Counted from the stretch's first letter, positions 1 to 8,521 are shown. The stretch is 32,000 nucleotides of DNA from Candidatus Saccharimonadota bacterium (GCA_023898425.1 CP060222.1:990001-1022000), one strand, 5' to 3'. Notes: a model not told the origin generated them from the letters alone. Numbers and translations: made by a program.

Positions 1-675
1 GCCACGTGTGTAGGTTGTGAGCGCGCCACTGGGGTCGATGACCTCAACAGAAACGATCTTGTGCGAGATGGAAGAGACGCTTGTTGGCGAACCTCCATGC
101 AAACCGGTAGCGAGACCACCGATGACGGTGATGCCGCCATAGCCCGGAGCATTCATCTCGGTCGAGTAGCCGACAGCATTCGCCGCCACTTGAAGGGCGG
201 AGAAACCGACGCCTGGCTCAACACGCATGGTGGGCACACCTTCAAAGACGGCGAGAGAGCCGATGCCCTGAAGGTATTCTGTCGTGATGACCACTTGTCC
301 GCTATCTGCGCAGAGGATGTCGGTATTGCTGTGTCCGTGACCAACAACCTTGATCCGAAGCCCTTGGCTGACAGACTGACGAACCATGCGTTGCGCTTCT
401 GCGATCGACGTCGGTGCCAGAATGTTGCCACGAGGGCAACGAACCGCCTCCGCGTAGTAGGCTGTGTGAACCGTGCTGTGGTCCACGCAGTCGTTCGTGC
501 TCGTTGCAGCCGTCTCGCCAAGCAAGGGGTTGCAGTAGCCATCTTCGGCTTCACCAGCGACGGTGAGTGCTTGAAGGCTACATGCTCCCTGAGCAGAGGC
601 GATCGGGGTTGAGGTTGCGGCGCTGAGCGTAGTCATCATGACCACGAGCACCGCAAACGTTGGGGGCGTGAGCAT
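1..675 (-). CDS. Secreted FAD-binding oxidase (PCMH-type FAD_binding_4 domain), N-terminal 225 codons; 3' end runs off the left edge
   Basis: Absent from the ORF track because there is no stop in the window. My minus-strand translation from ATG at 675 gives MLTPPTFAVLVVMMTTLSAATSTPIASAQG (signal peptide), then RIKVVGHGHSNTDILC, GITVIGGLATGLHGGSPTS and KIVSVEVIDPSG. The GxGHS and GG..TG.HG motifs are typical of VAO/ALO-type flavoenzymes. The frame stays open to position 1. Track ORFs 61..612(+) and 153..554(-) are shadow frames. Confidence 0.7.
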   Translation of the reverse strand, partial: MLTPPTFAVLVVMMTTLSAATSTPIASAQGACSLQALTVAGEAEDGYCNPLLGETAATSTNDCVDHSTVHTAYYAEAVRCPRGNILAPTSIAEAQRMVRQSVSQGLRIKVVGHGHSNTDILCADSGQVVITTEYLQGIGSLAVFEGVPTMRVEPGVGFSALQVAANAVGYSTEMNAPGYGGITVIGGLATGLHGGSPTSVSSISHKIVSVEVIDPSGALTTYTRG

Positions 676-870
676 CCAAGGATGCCCGGCTTGAAAAGAC
701 CGTTCTCTCACATCTCACTCCTACGTAACAGGTTTTACTTTTTGCTTTGTTCAAAGAAAAAGAAAAAGCTCGGGTATACTATCATGAAAAACATCATGTT
801 GATATATATCGTCTCTCTCTTTTGATGAACGCTTCACAGTTTGAATACGCTGAATTATTCTGTATAAACT

Positions 871-1752
871 ATGACACCAAAAAAAGTTCGCAAAGTCATT
901 ATTCCGGTAGCTGGATTTGGTACGCGATTTTTACCTGCAACAAAGGCAACGCCAAAAGAGATGTTGCCAATTATCGATAAGCCCGTTATTCAATATATTG
1001 TTGAAGAGGCGGTAGCAGCAGGTATTGAGGATGTCATTTTGGTAACGAGCCACATGAAACGCCCCGTTGAAGATCATTTTGATGATAATGAAGAGCTCGA
1101 ACGATGGCTTGAGAAGCAAGGCAAAAAATCACTTCTAGAAGAAATAAAAGGGATTTCTCAACTCGCGAACTTTATTTATGTTCGCCAAAAAGGCCCTTAT
1201 GGCAATGCGACACCGGTAAAAAACGTTGAGCATATTATTGGCGACGAGCCCTTTGCGGTGCTTTTTGGTGACGATGTCTTTGATTGCAAAACACCCCGCT
1301 TAAAGCAGATGTTAGATGTGTATGAACAATACGGCGGTCCTGTGCTTGCATCTATAAAGACGGATAAAGAGGGGACGAAGAAATTTGGCATCATCGAACC
1401 CGGAAAAAAACTCGGTAAACGTGTTTTTGAAGTAAAAGGGATGATTGAAAAGCCTGGCCCAGAAAAGGCGCCATCATTGTTAGCGACCGTTGGTGGCTAT
1501 ATCTTAACGCCAGATATTTTTAAACACCTGGCTAAGCTTAAAAAGAATAAAGTGAATGGCGAATATATTTTGGTGGATGCTATTACTGAGCTTATGAAAG
1601 AGCGGCCTATGTATGCTGTAGAGCTAGACGGTCGTTATCATGACACAGGTTCTAAGCTTGGTTGGCTTGAAGCGAATATTGCTTTTGCCCTCAAGCGGCC
1701 AGATCTAAAAGAAGGTGTAAAGAAAATGCTCAAAAAAGAATTGGGTAAGTAA
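871..1752 (+). CDS. galU: UTP--glucose-1-phosphate uridylyltransferase
   Basis: 293 aa. The N-terminus KVIIPVAGFGTRFLPATKATPKEMLPIIDKPVIQYIVEEA is the canonical GalU nucleotide-binding signature. The full-length ORF is followed by a terminator. Confidence 0.9.
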   Translation: MTPKKVRKVIIPVAGFGTRFLPATKATPKEMLPIIDKPVIQYIVEEAVAAGIEDVILVTSHMKRPVEDHFDDNEELERWLEKQGKKSLLEEIKGISQLANFIYVRQKGPYGNATPVKNVEHIIGDEPFAVLFGDDVFDCKTPRLKQMLDVYEQYGGPVLASIKTDKEGTKKFGIIEPGKKLGKRVFEVKGMIEKPGPEKAPSLLATVGGYILTPDIFKHLAKLKKNKVNGEYILVDAITELMKERPMYAVELDGRYHDTGSKLGWLEANIAFALKRPDLKEGVKKMLKKELGK

Positions 1753-1754
1753 GC

Positions 1755-1778
1755 AAAAAGCGTGTAAACGCTTTTTTT
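1755..1778 (+). terminator. Rho-independent terminator after galU
   Basis: Perfect 9-bp stem aaaaagcgt/acgcttttt with loop gtaa, followed by a T run. Confidence 0.75.
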
Positions 1779-1794
1779 GTTATACTGTTGTCAT

Positions 1795-3198
1795 ATGTCT
1801 TTTTCTTTAAAGAAAGCGGTCGCTCTTTTGGGTGTTCTTGCGATTACTGGTCAAGGTTGTACAAAGGCTTTACCACAAGCAACCGTTAATGCATCAAAAC
1901 CTGTAACCCTCAGAATCTGGGGAGTTGTTGATGACTATAATGTCTATCAGCCGGCGATAGAGTCATGGCGCAAATTGCATCCAAACGTCACGATTGAGTA
2001 TAAGCGTTTTCGTTTAGAAGAGTATGAAAATGAGCTCCTCAATAATTTTGCCGAAGACCGTGGACCAGACATCTTTTTAATCCACAATACTTGGACAGGG
2101 GAGTACTTATCAAAGATTACCCCAATGCCTAAGCAGGTTTCTACGGCCTATCGTGTTACTTCGGGTGGTGTGAGACCGCAACTGACATGGGAGTTACGTG
2201 CTGAGCCTACGGTTTCACTTATTGATATCAAAAATCAATTTGCTGATACGGTTGCTCGTGATCTTGTTCGTACCGTCAACGTTGGTACGACCGACAAACC
2301 GGTAAACGAAGAACGTGCTATGGGTGTACCAGTCGGTATTGATACACTTGCGCTTTACTACAATAAGGATTTGTTAAATGCGGCTAATATCCCAACGCCA
2401 CCTGAGGATTGGGGACAATTTACCGAACAAACGAAGGCGCTCACACAGATAGATACTGACGGTAATCTCACAAGAACAGCCGCTGGTATTGGTACATCCG
2501 CTAATGTTGAGCGAAGTGTGGATATTATCGCTGCACTTATGATGCAAAATGGTACTGTGATGGCGGATGATTTCGGTTACCCTACCTTTGACCGTATTCC
2601 TGCAGGCTTGACTGGGGTAGAGTTTCCGCCGGCATATCGCGCGCTTGAGTTCTATACAGATTTTGCAAATCCAAATAAAGACACCTATACCTGGGATGCT
2701 AAGCAACCAAATTCGTACGAAGCCTTTATCCAAGGGCAAACCGCCTTTTTCTTTGGCTATGCGTATCACGGTGATTTGATCCGTGCACGTGCGCCTCGTT
2801 TAAATCTCGGTATTACAAAACTACCTCAAATAGGCGGTAGACCACCTGTTAATATTGCGAACTATTGGTATTTTGCCGTTGCAAAAAAATCCGCTTCGCA
2901 GGATCTAAGTTGGTCATTACTTACGTATCTGTCTAAAGCAGATCAACAAAAAGCGATGCTCGCTATCGCAAAACGTCCTGCTTCACGAAAGGCTTTGCTT
3001 ACGGAGCAATTAAATGATGAGCGTATTGGTGTATTTGCCTCGCAAGTTCTAACAGCGACAAATTGGTATCGCGGTAAAAATATCACCGCTACAGAAGATG
3101 CCTTGCAGTCGATGATTGATGATATTGTTGCGGGTAGAGCTCCAATCAATCAAGCGGTGCGTCGTGCATCCGATGTGATTTCGCAGACGATTCAATAA
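1795..3198 (+). CDS. Lipoprotein, extracellular solute-binding protein (ABC-type, family 1-like)
   Basis: I prefer ATG at 1795 (MSFSLKKAVALLGVLAITGQGC, signal peptide plus lipobox), because the track start at 1777 is a TTG inside the galU terminator. Length and composition fit sugar-type SBPs. No permease or ATPase gene is adjacent. Confidence 0.65.
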   Translation: MSFSLKKAVALLGVLAITGQGCTKALPQATVNASKPVTLRIWGVVDDYNVYQPAIESWRKLHPNVTIEYKRFRLEEYENELLNNFAEDRGPDIFLIHNTWTGEYLSKITPMPKQVSTAYRVTSGGVRPQLTWELRAEPTVSLIDIKNQFADTVARDLVRTVNVGTTDKPVNEERAMGVPVGIDTLALYYNKDLLNAANIPTPPEDWGQFTEQTKALTQIDTDGNLTRTAAGIGTSANVERSVDIIAALMMQNGTVMADDFGYPTFDRIPAGLTGVEFPPAYRALEFYTDFANPNKDTYTWDAKQPNSYEAFIQGQTAFFFGYAYHGDLIRARAPRLNLGITKLPQIGGRPPVNIANYWYFAVAKKSASQDLSWSLLTYLSKADQQKAMLAIAKRPASRKALLTEQLNDERIGVFASQVLTATNWYRGKNITATEDALQSMIDDIVAGRAPINQAVRRASDVISQTIQ

Positions 3199-3218
3199 CA
3201 TGATACACTGGCGCACAT

Positions 3219-4142
3219 ATGCTACGTGCGCTTTCAAAGACGTTTGCCCTCTCGCTTGCCATATTAGGTTTAGGATTATTTACCAATCCTCAAATAAGTC
3301 TTGCACAGGCTGATCCTGCACCAGCTTCAACAGGTATTGGTGATGGTTGCGGAGAATCTACCAATAGTAGAATGAATAATGCAGAGCGAAGAACAATCGC
3401 TAATCTCGTCACACCCGAGGTTCCTGCATCCGCTTTTTCTTGTCGTGACGTTTCAAGTATCCCCGAAGCACAAAGACAAGCTTCTTGTGTATCAGGCCTA
3501 TGTCCGGGGGCAGCAACAGTCATGTGCTGTAAGCCATCTATAGGCGCTTCTCTTAATGTTACCGGGGGGAGTGATGCAAGCTCGACGGGTCCTAGTACCA
3601 CAGGTCAAACGGGAGGCGTAGGTAGACTCGCGCTCCCATCGTGTGTTTCTGATGGTAATTGTGGACTAGATGGTATGGTTACCATGGCCGTAAATTTTTC
3701 TAACTTTCTTTTTGGTATATCTGGCGCGATCTTTTTGTTGATATTTGTGTACGCGGGGTTTCGACTTATCTTCTTCGCGCCGGACGCTGGCACGGTCAAA
3801 GAAGCAAAGAGCATGCTCGTTAAAGCAACAACGGGTATGGTGATTATTGCGCTTGCAGGTGTTGCAACAACCTACCTCTACAATGGTTTACGTAGCGGTC
3901 AAGTAACCGGAGGTGGAGCGCCTACCACGAGTAGCGCATGTGCAACAAGAGAAGATGGGCAGCCATCGGGATTAACTTGTGTGCAAATCAGTAATGTCCC
4001 TAGAACAACAGATTATGCTGCTTATAGTGCCGCTCTTGAGAGTATGGGTTGTAGACCTTCGCCAAGAGGTCAAAGTCTTTGCACAGGAGCTACCAATTAT
4101 TGCTGCCCAGCAGGCACTCCAGACACCTATGTTGCACGCTAA
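3219..4142 (+). CDS. Secreted Cys-rich protein with central T4SS-pilin-like (VirB2/TrbC-type) two-helix module
   Basis: Signal peptide MLRALSKTFALSLAILGLGLFTNPQISLAQA. The central module is FSNFLFGISGAIFLLIFVYAGFRLIFFAPDAGTVKEAKSMLVKATTGMVIIALAGVATTYL. Cys-rich segments lie on both sides (SCVSGLCPGAATVMCCKPS and SLCTGATNYCCPAG). Confidence 0.6.
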   Translation: MLRALSKTFALSLAILGLGLFTNPQISLAQADPAPASTGIGDGCGESTNSRMNNAERRTIANLVTPEVPASAFSCRDVSSIPEAQRQASCVSGLCPGAATVMCCKPSIGASLNVTGGSDASSTGPSTTGQTGGVGRLALPSCVSDGNCGLDGMVTMAVNFSNFLFGISGAIFLLIFVYAGFRLIFFAPDAGTVKEAKSMLVKATTGMVIIALAGVATTYLYNGLRSGQVTGGGAPTTSSACATREDGQPSGLTCVQISNVPRTTDYAAYSAALESMGCRPSPRGQSLCTGATNYCCPAGTPDTYVAR

Positions 4143-4152
4143 TTTTTACGTT

Positions 4153-5154
4153 ATGAAAAACGCTCTCATTACGCTCGCTTTAACTTTAAGCGTATTTATT
4201 ATTATACCGTTACGTGCTCATGCTGAGAATGTTCCTTTTCTTTGTGCGGGGGATACTATCATCGTTAATGATTTTAATAGAGTTGTACCTGTCATTGGAA
4301 AAACTCAAGCATTAACTGCATGTATGGAATATATTGTTGCAAACAATAAAACAGGCAGCACCTTAGAAGCACGAGAAAAGGATATTCAAACAGGTGAGGC
4401 TCGTGCTGGGGGATTTTCTTATAATGCGAATTTTTGTTGGTGCTCCGTTCCAGGAAACTCAACGAGCTGTGTCCCTAAGGTGCTTTTTGCTGCCAATGAT
4501 AGCGCGGCTTGTGATTCTAGATGTTCTGAGGGTGGCGCTGTGGCAGTCCGTCGGCATTTTGAGCCACAGTATAAAGATTATCGAGGCACAACAAATAGTA
4601 ATAAGTGCGGTAACTATTGCTGGTGCAGCCAGCCAGCAGCTGCAGGAGAAACTGGTACGCGCTGTACACTGCATCGAGATACTCCCAAAAGAATTGGCGC
4701 TCAAGAAGTAAGAGTGCCGCTTACAGAGAGAGATGAATGTAGTGCATTATGTAATTCGATTGCCGGCGGGTCTGCAAAACAGTACCAAATGACCTACAGG
4801 AATTATTCAGGATCCTCTGACTGTTCTGTGGCAGAAGGCTCTGTTCCTGATGGTTCAGATTCAGTAACCCCACGTACAACTACCCCAGCTCCAACCGTTC
4901 GTTTGTTTAACCCGCTTTCAGGCGCTACAACCATCGTTGATATTGTTAATCGTGTGATAAAAATGATGCTAGGCGTGGTAGGGGGCGGCGCATTACTGAT
5001 GTTTGTCTACGGCGGTTTTAGCTGGATGATGGCGGGTGGTGATACGGGTAAATTAAGTACGGCAAAGACCATTTTATTAAACGCTACGTTAGGAATACTA
5101 TTGTTGATTTTCTCTTACGCTATTGTCTCAACCTTCTTTAGTCTATTAACTTAA
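4153..5154 (+). CDS. Secreted Cys-rich protein (two CWCS repeats) with C-terminal T4SS-pilin-like module
   Basis: I prefer ATG at 4153 (MKNALITLALTLSVFIIIPLRAHAEN signal peptide), because the track ORF start at 3979 overlaps the previous gene. C-terminal module: VIKMMLGVVGGGALLMFVYGGFSWMMAGGDTGKLSTAKTILLNATLGILLLIFSYAIVSTF. Confidence 0.65.
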   Translation: MKNALITLALTLSVFIIIPLRAHAENVPFLCAGDTIIVNDFNRVVPVIGKTQALTACMEYIVANNKTGSTLEAREKDIQTGEARAGGFSYNANFCWCSVPGNSTSCVPKVLFAANDSAACDSRCSEGGAVAVRRHFEPQYKDYRGTTNSNKCGNYCWCSQPAAAGETGTRCTLHRDTPKRIGAQEVRVPLTERDECSALCNSIAGGSAKQYQMTYRNYSGSSDCSVAEGSVPDGSDSVTPRTTTPAPTVRLFNPLSGATTIVDIVNRVIKMMLGVVGGGALLMFVYGGFSWMMAGGDTGKLSTAKTILLNATLGILLLIFSYAIVSTFFSLLT

Positions 5155-5167
5155 GCTATAAATTGTT

Positions 5168-5881
5168 ATGTTATTTTTTCAAAAAATAAAAACGTTCTTG
5201 TTGGTAGCAATTACCATGATTGGATTTGGTTCTTTTACTGCCGTGTATGCGTCAGACAATCCATTTACAGAATTTTTTAGCCGAGAAGGATATGATTCTT
5301 GCGCAAATATTGATGATAACCAAAACAATGACTGTGGTGCTGATGATTTTGAAGCGGTACGTGGCGCATTGGTAAGCTCTGGTCTTTGTCCAACAGATCA
5401 AGATTGTACACAAGGGCAATACAGCCTCTTTCAAGTTGAGTTTTCTAACTCTCGTGCCGGTACTGAAGAAGCGCCCTCACCGGGGCCAGATCCTTCACCA
5501 AGCGGAGGGGATGTTCCTACCTTTAGAAGCCCTACAGAATTTGGCTACCAAAGCCCTGTTGGTAACGATACAACGATAAATAGTTTTATAAGTCGCATCA
5601 TTAAGTTTGCTCTCGGAATTGTTGGCGCTGTTTTTTTGGCGATGCTCATCTACTCCGGTATTTTGTGGATGACGGCCGGTTCACAGTTTTCAGGTTCAGG
5701 AGATAAGCCAGGATCTAGTACATCTCAAATCGCTAAAGCAAAAGCCTCTATTAAAAACGCGGTGATTGGTATGGCTATTGTGGCACTCTCTTATGCAATC
5801 GTCACGACCGTATTTAATGTCGGAAATAGCGTTCTCAGGAGTCCTCCAGCAGCAGGCTCGTCGGGCTCGGTTACCCCATAA
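5168..5881 (+). CDS. Secreted protein with Cys-containing N-domain and T4SS-pilin-like module
   Basis: Has a signal peptide/TM segment and a SGLCPTDQDC motif. Module: IIKFALGIVGAVFLAMLIYSGILWMTAG...AKAKASIKNAVIGMAIVALSYAIVTTVF, with a longer inter-helix loop than its paralogues. Confidence 0.6.
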   Translation: MLFFQKIKTFLLVAITMIGFGSFTAVYASDNPFTEFFSREGYDSCANIDDNQNNDCGADDFEAVRGALVSSGLCPTDQDCTQGQYSLFQVEFSNSRAGTEEAPSPGPDPSPSGGDVPTFRSPTEFGYQSPVGNDTTINSFISRIIKFALGIVGAVFLAMLIYSGILWMTAGSQFSGSGDKPGSSTSQIAKAKASIKNAVIGMAIVALSYAIVTTVFNVGNSVLRSPPAAGSSGSVTP

Positions 5882-5945
5882 GGCACTTATTGAGCTTGGT
5901 ATAACAAAAGAGTTGCACGATGTTCTACTGATATTTCGGTGACTA

Positions 5946-5954
5946 TGGTATACT
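5946..5954 (+). promoter_or_regulatory. Extended -10 element (TGgTATACT) upstream of the short-pilin genes
   Basis: tggtatact lies about 65 nt upstream of ATG 6019. A strong RBS aaaggaggtg sits at 6001-6010. This is the only long (137 nt) gap inside the pilin array. Confidence 0.35.
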
Positions 5955-6018
5955 TTTTGTGTCGTCCAAACATTCAGTGGGACGATCTATCTAACATGAG
6001 AAAGGAGGTGAATTACGC

Positions 6019-6417
6019 ATGACCCCTCGTATAAAAAAACTCGCTGCTTTTGCTGCATCGACTGCTCTTGCAGCCGTTCTAGTATTACCAGCTACTACTT
6101 TTGCACAAGGTACTTTAAACGCTAATGATCTTGGCGTCGGAGCTATTAGCAACGATATCAAACTTGGCTCAGGTGACGTCCGTCAAACGGCTGCACGTAT
6201 TATTAACGTTGCTCTTAGTTTTCTCGGTCTTATCTCAGTTGTTATAGTGCTCATTGGTGGCTTTAAGTACATGGTATCAGGAGGCAACGACACGAAAACC
6301 GACGAAGCGAAGAAACTTATCACTTCTGGTATTATCGGTCTTGCTATCATCCTTTCAGCATGGGCGATCACAAGTTTTGTGATTAGCCAGTTACTTACCG
6401 CAACTTCGGATATCTAG
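6019..6417 (+). CDS. T4SS-pilin-like protein (VirB2/TrbC-type), short form
   Basis: 132 aa. Signal peptide ...LPATTFAQG, then IINVALSFLGLISVVIVLIGGFKYMVSGGNDTKTDEAKKLITSGIIGLAIILSAWAITSFV. It has the strongest RBS of the array. Confidence 0.7.
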   Translation: MTPRIKKLAAFAASTALAAVLVLPATTFAQGTLNANDLGVGAISNDIKLGSGDVRQTAARIINVALSFLGLISVVIVLIGGFKYMVSGGNDTKTDEAKKLITSGIIGLAIILSAWAITSFVISQLLTATSDI

Positions 6418-6460
6418 TCCCATTGTATATATAATCCGGCGTACCGCCGGCAATCCTTTC

Positions 6461-6994
6461 ATGAAACGAACTATCAAAACAGTGTTCGCCTTCGTGACGG
6501 CAATCATGCTTGCCATGCCGGCGGTCACGTTTGCTCAACTTACTCCGGCCAACACCGGATTAACAACAGCAGCAGCCGGAACCGGCCTCAGTACCGGTTG
6601 TTCAGGTACAGAGTGTGTCGTTACGATTATTGCGAATGTCATAAATATCGTTCTTGGTTTTCTTGGCGTCGTCCTGTTGCTCATCGTCATGTACGCTGGC
6701 TTCAAGTGGATGACCGCCGATAAAGAAGACGACGTGAAGAACGCGAAGTCGATGATAAAGAATGCTGTTGCTGGCCTAGTGGTCATCACGGTATCCTATG
6801 CATTTGCGGCTTTCGTTATAGAGACACTAGGAACTCTCGGTAATCCAGCTCAAGAAGTGCCAGCTCCTACTCAAGATGATTCTGCTGGTGGGCAACCACG
6901 AGGCTCGGGCAGTGATGCGTCTTCAAATAACGATAACCCTCCAGCTCAGCAAGAAGGGACAGATTCCTTCATTTGGAGACTGTTTGGTGGATAA
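6461..6994 (+). CDS. T4SS-pilin-like protein with disordered acidic/polar C-terminal tail
   Basis: Signal peptide ...AMPAVTFAQL. Module VINIVLGFLGVVLLLIVMYAGFKWMTADKEDDVKNAKSMIKNAVAGLVVITVSYAFAAFV, followed by a low-complexity tail. Confidence 0.65.
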   Translation: MKRTIKTVFAFVTAIMLAMPAVTFAQLTPANTGLTTAAAGTGLSTGCSGTECVVTIIANVINIVLGFLGVVLLLIVMYAGFKWMTADKEDDVKNAKSMIKNAVAGLVVITVSYAFAAFVIETLGTLGNPAQEVPAPTQDDSAGGQPRGSGSDASSNNDNPPAQQEGTDSFIWRLFGG

Positions 6995-7016
6995 TTAACT
7001 CTCACTCTTAACATTT

Positions 7017-7409
7017 ATGAAATATTTCTATTCAAAAGCAGTACTGCTAACTACCTCAGTTGGTACAGCGCTCACTGGTACAGTTGTCCATGCTGCAGGT
7101 AACCCATTTGGTAGTAGTGGTTCCGCTCAACAAGAATTAGGCAAGGTGCAAACAGCATCAGGATTAGGTACCGGTGATTTATCAACAATGATTGGTACTA
7201 TTATCAATGTGGTCCTTGGGTTCATGGGTATCGTTCTTCTCTTCTACATAATCCTTGCAGGTTGGGAATGGATGAGTGCTGGTGGTGAAAAAGATGGCGT
7301 AGAAACAGCGAAGGCTCGTATCAAGAATGCTGTTATTGGTCTTGTTATTATCGTTTCAGCATACGCGATTTCTACCTTTGTTATTGATCAGCTTGTAAAG
7401 TTAACATAA
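7017..7409 (+). CDS. T4SS-pilin-like protein, short form
   Basis: 130 aa with a signal peptide. Module IINVVLGFMGIVLLFYIILAGWEWMSAGGEKDGVETAKARIKNAVIGLVIIVSAYAISTFV. Confidence 0.7.
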   Translation: MKYFYSKAVLLTTSVGTALTGTVVHAAGNPFGSSGSAQQELGKVQTASGLGTGDLSTMIGTIINVVLGFMGIVLLFYIILAGWEWMSAGGEKDGVETAKARIKNAVIGLVIIVSAYAISTFVIDQLVKLT

Positions 7410-7420
7410 TTACCTCAAAG

Positions 7421-7448
7421 AAAAATCACTCAATACTGAGTGATTTTT
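7421..7448. terminator. Bidirectional rho-independent terminator closing the pilin array
   Basis: 12-bp perfect stem aaaaatcactca/tgagtgattttt with loop atac. An A run lies 5' and a T run 3'. Confidence 0.8.
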
Positions 7449-7518
7449 GATAAAAAGCCTGGGACTCAATCTCGAAAGATTTCGAGAGAGTCACCGGACT
7501 TTAGTCAGTTACAGACAG

Positions 7519-8491
7519 TTAAATATCTGTATTCATGCCACCATCAGTAGAGCTGATGGTGAGCTGACTTCGCTGATTGATCAAGTCAGCTACCTGATAC
7601 CTGCGCACTCGACTGCGCGATACAGGCATCAGAGCTCCAAGAGCCCCGCTGGCCGTAGGTAGGTATAGGTACACCCCAATTTCGACCGTCGGGCTATTCC
7701 CCTCCAGCTCCATTACGAAGCTGGTGTCTGTGTGCGCTGGCAAGCGCGCTGCGGACACAATGGCCGCCGCCTTGCATTTGCTGCACGGCCATCTGGGGAC
7801 GCCCATTTCTGAGTAGGAGAGCCTCTCCTTCCGTTGACCGTTATTACCATCCAGTACATGGACGGTCTAACTTCAACAGTAATAGCTACAGGCGATGTCG
7901 CCTGTAGCGTGCCGCCGGAAGCTAAGCTAGGGTCGATGGTGCGACGTGAGCCTGGCGAATACCAGGTCGCATCAAAAATCCCCACCGTACTCGCGAGACG
8001 AGTTGTCTCAAAAGTACTTGGGCAGTACCCAAGCTGAGCATAACTCCATCCCTGAAACATGCCTTGGGGCATGTACGGGGAACAAGGGAGGCGTCGCAGC
8101 CACTGGAGGTGTGCTCGCAGCGGGTGCTGGAGCAGGTGCCGCCGGTGTGGTCTGTGGCGCAGCAGCAGCAGCAGCTGGTGCTGCTGCTTGCTCGGTGGAG
8201 CAGTAGCTCGGCGTCGTGGCGCCCTGCACGTTGCACGTACAGTCCACGAGGCAGGCGCGAGCGCCCGCGACCAAGAAGCGGTTCGCTTCCTGATACTGCT
8301 CAAGGTTTCGAGGAGTGACGCGCGTACGCCCACTCACCGTCGTGCACTGAGGTGCATGACAGGCGGAGAGGAGCCGCTCGATGAAGACGTGTATACGTCT
8401 CCCGAGCGCGAACGAGCGGATCCTCCTGCCCAAAGGCGGTGGAGGAAACGAGAAGGAGCATCGTCATGGTGACGAGAAAGAACTTGTACAT
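7519..8491 (-). pseudogene. Disrupted gene for a secreted Cys-rich protein with Ala/Pro linker (frame changes at least 3 times), or partly non-coding hairpin-rich DNA
   Basis: ATG at 8491 gives signal peptide MYKFFLVTMTMLLLVSSTAFGQ. Protein-like sequence then continues in other frames: ...CHAPQCTTVSGRTRVTPRNLEQYQEANRFLVAGARACLVDCTCNVQGATTPSYCSTEQAAAPAAAAAAPQTTPAAPAPAPAASTPP, then GIFDATWYSPGSRRTIDPSLASGGTLQATSPVAITVEVRPSMYWMVITVNG, then ...FVMELEGNSPTVEIGVYLYLPTASG. No single frame is intact. Confidence 0.35.
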
Positions 8492-8521
8492 TTTTTAACT
8501 TTTTTTTGTATTTTTGGAGTT

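Noticed and set aside
61-612. 183-aa plus-strand ORF, and the 133-aa minus ORF at 153..554
   Set aside because: Both are shadow frames of the real minus-strand FAD-oxidase frame (1..675). That frame has a signal peptide and the GxGHS / GG..TG.HG motifs. The listed ORFs are Arg/Cys-rich nonsense typical of off-frame GC-rich DNA.
747-980. 77-aa ORF overlapping the galU start
   Set aside because: It runs out of frame across the galU promoter and 5' end, and galU itself is unambiguous.
8300-8302. Idea that the broken genes reflect UGA recoding (genetic code 25 / SR1-Gracilibacteria)
   Set aside because: Reading through the TGA that ends ORF 8300..8491 gives non-protein-like sequence (…GAVSGSEPLLGRGRSR…). 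Many long genes here (752, 654 and 473 aa) end or stay intact under the standard code. The other breaks are frame changes, not in-frame TGAs.
7713-8472. Numerous overlapping 60-200 aa ORFs on both strands (for example 7713..8333-, 7922..8236-, 7946..8206+, 8059..8472+, 8334..8906-)
   Set aside because: GC-rich DNA has few stops in any frame. Their products are Arg/Ala/Cys low-complexity strings (RRRATAPP..., AAGAGAGAAG...). Only parts of them look protein-like, and I used those parts in the broken-gene interpretation.
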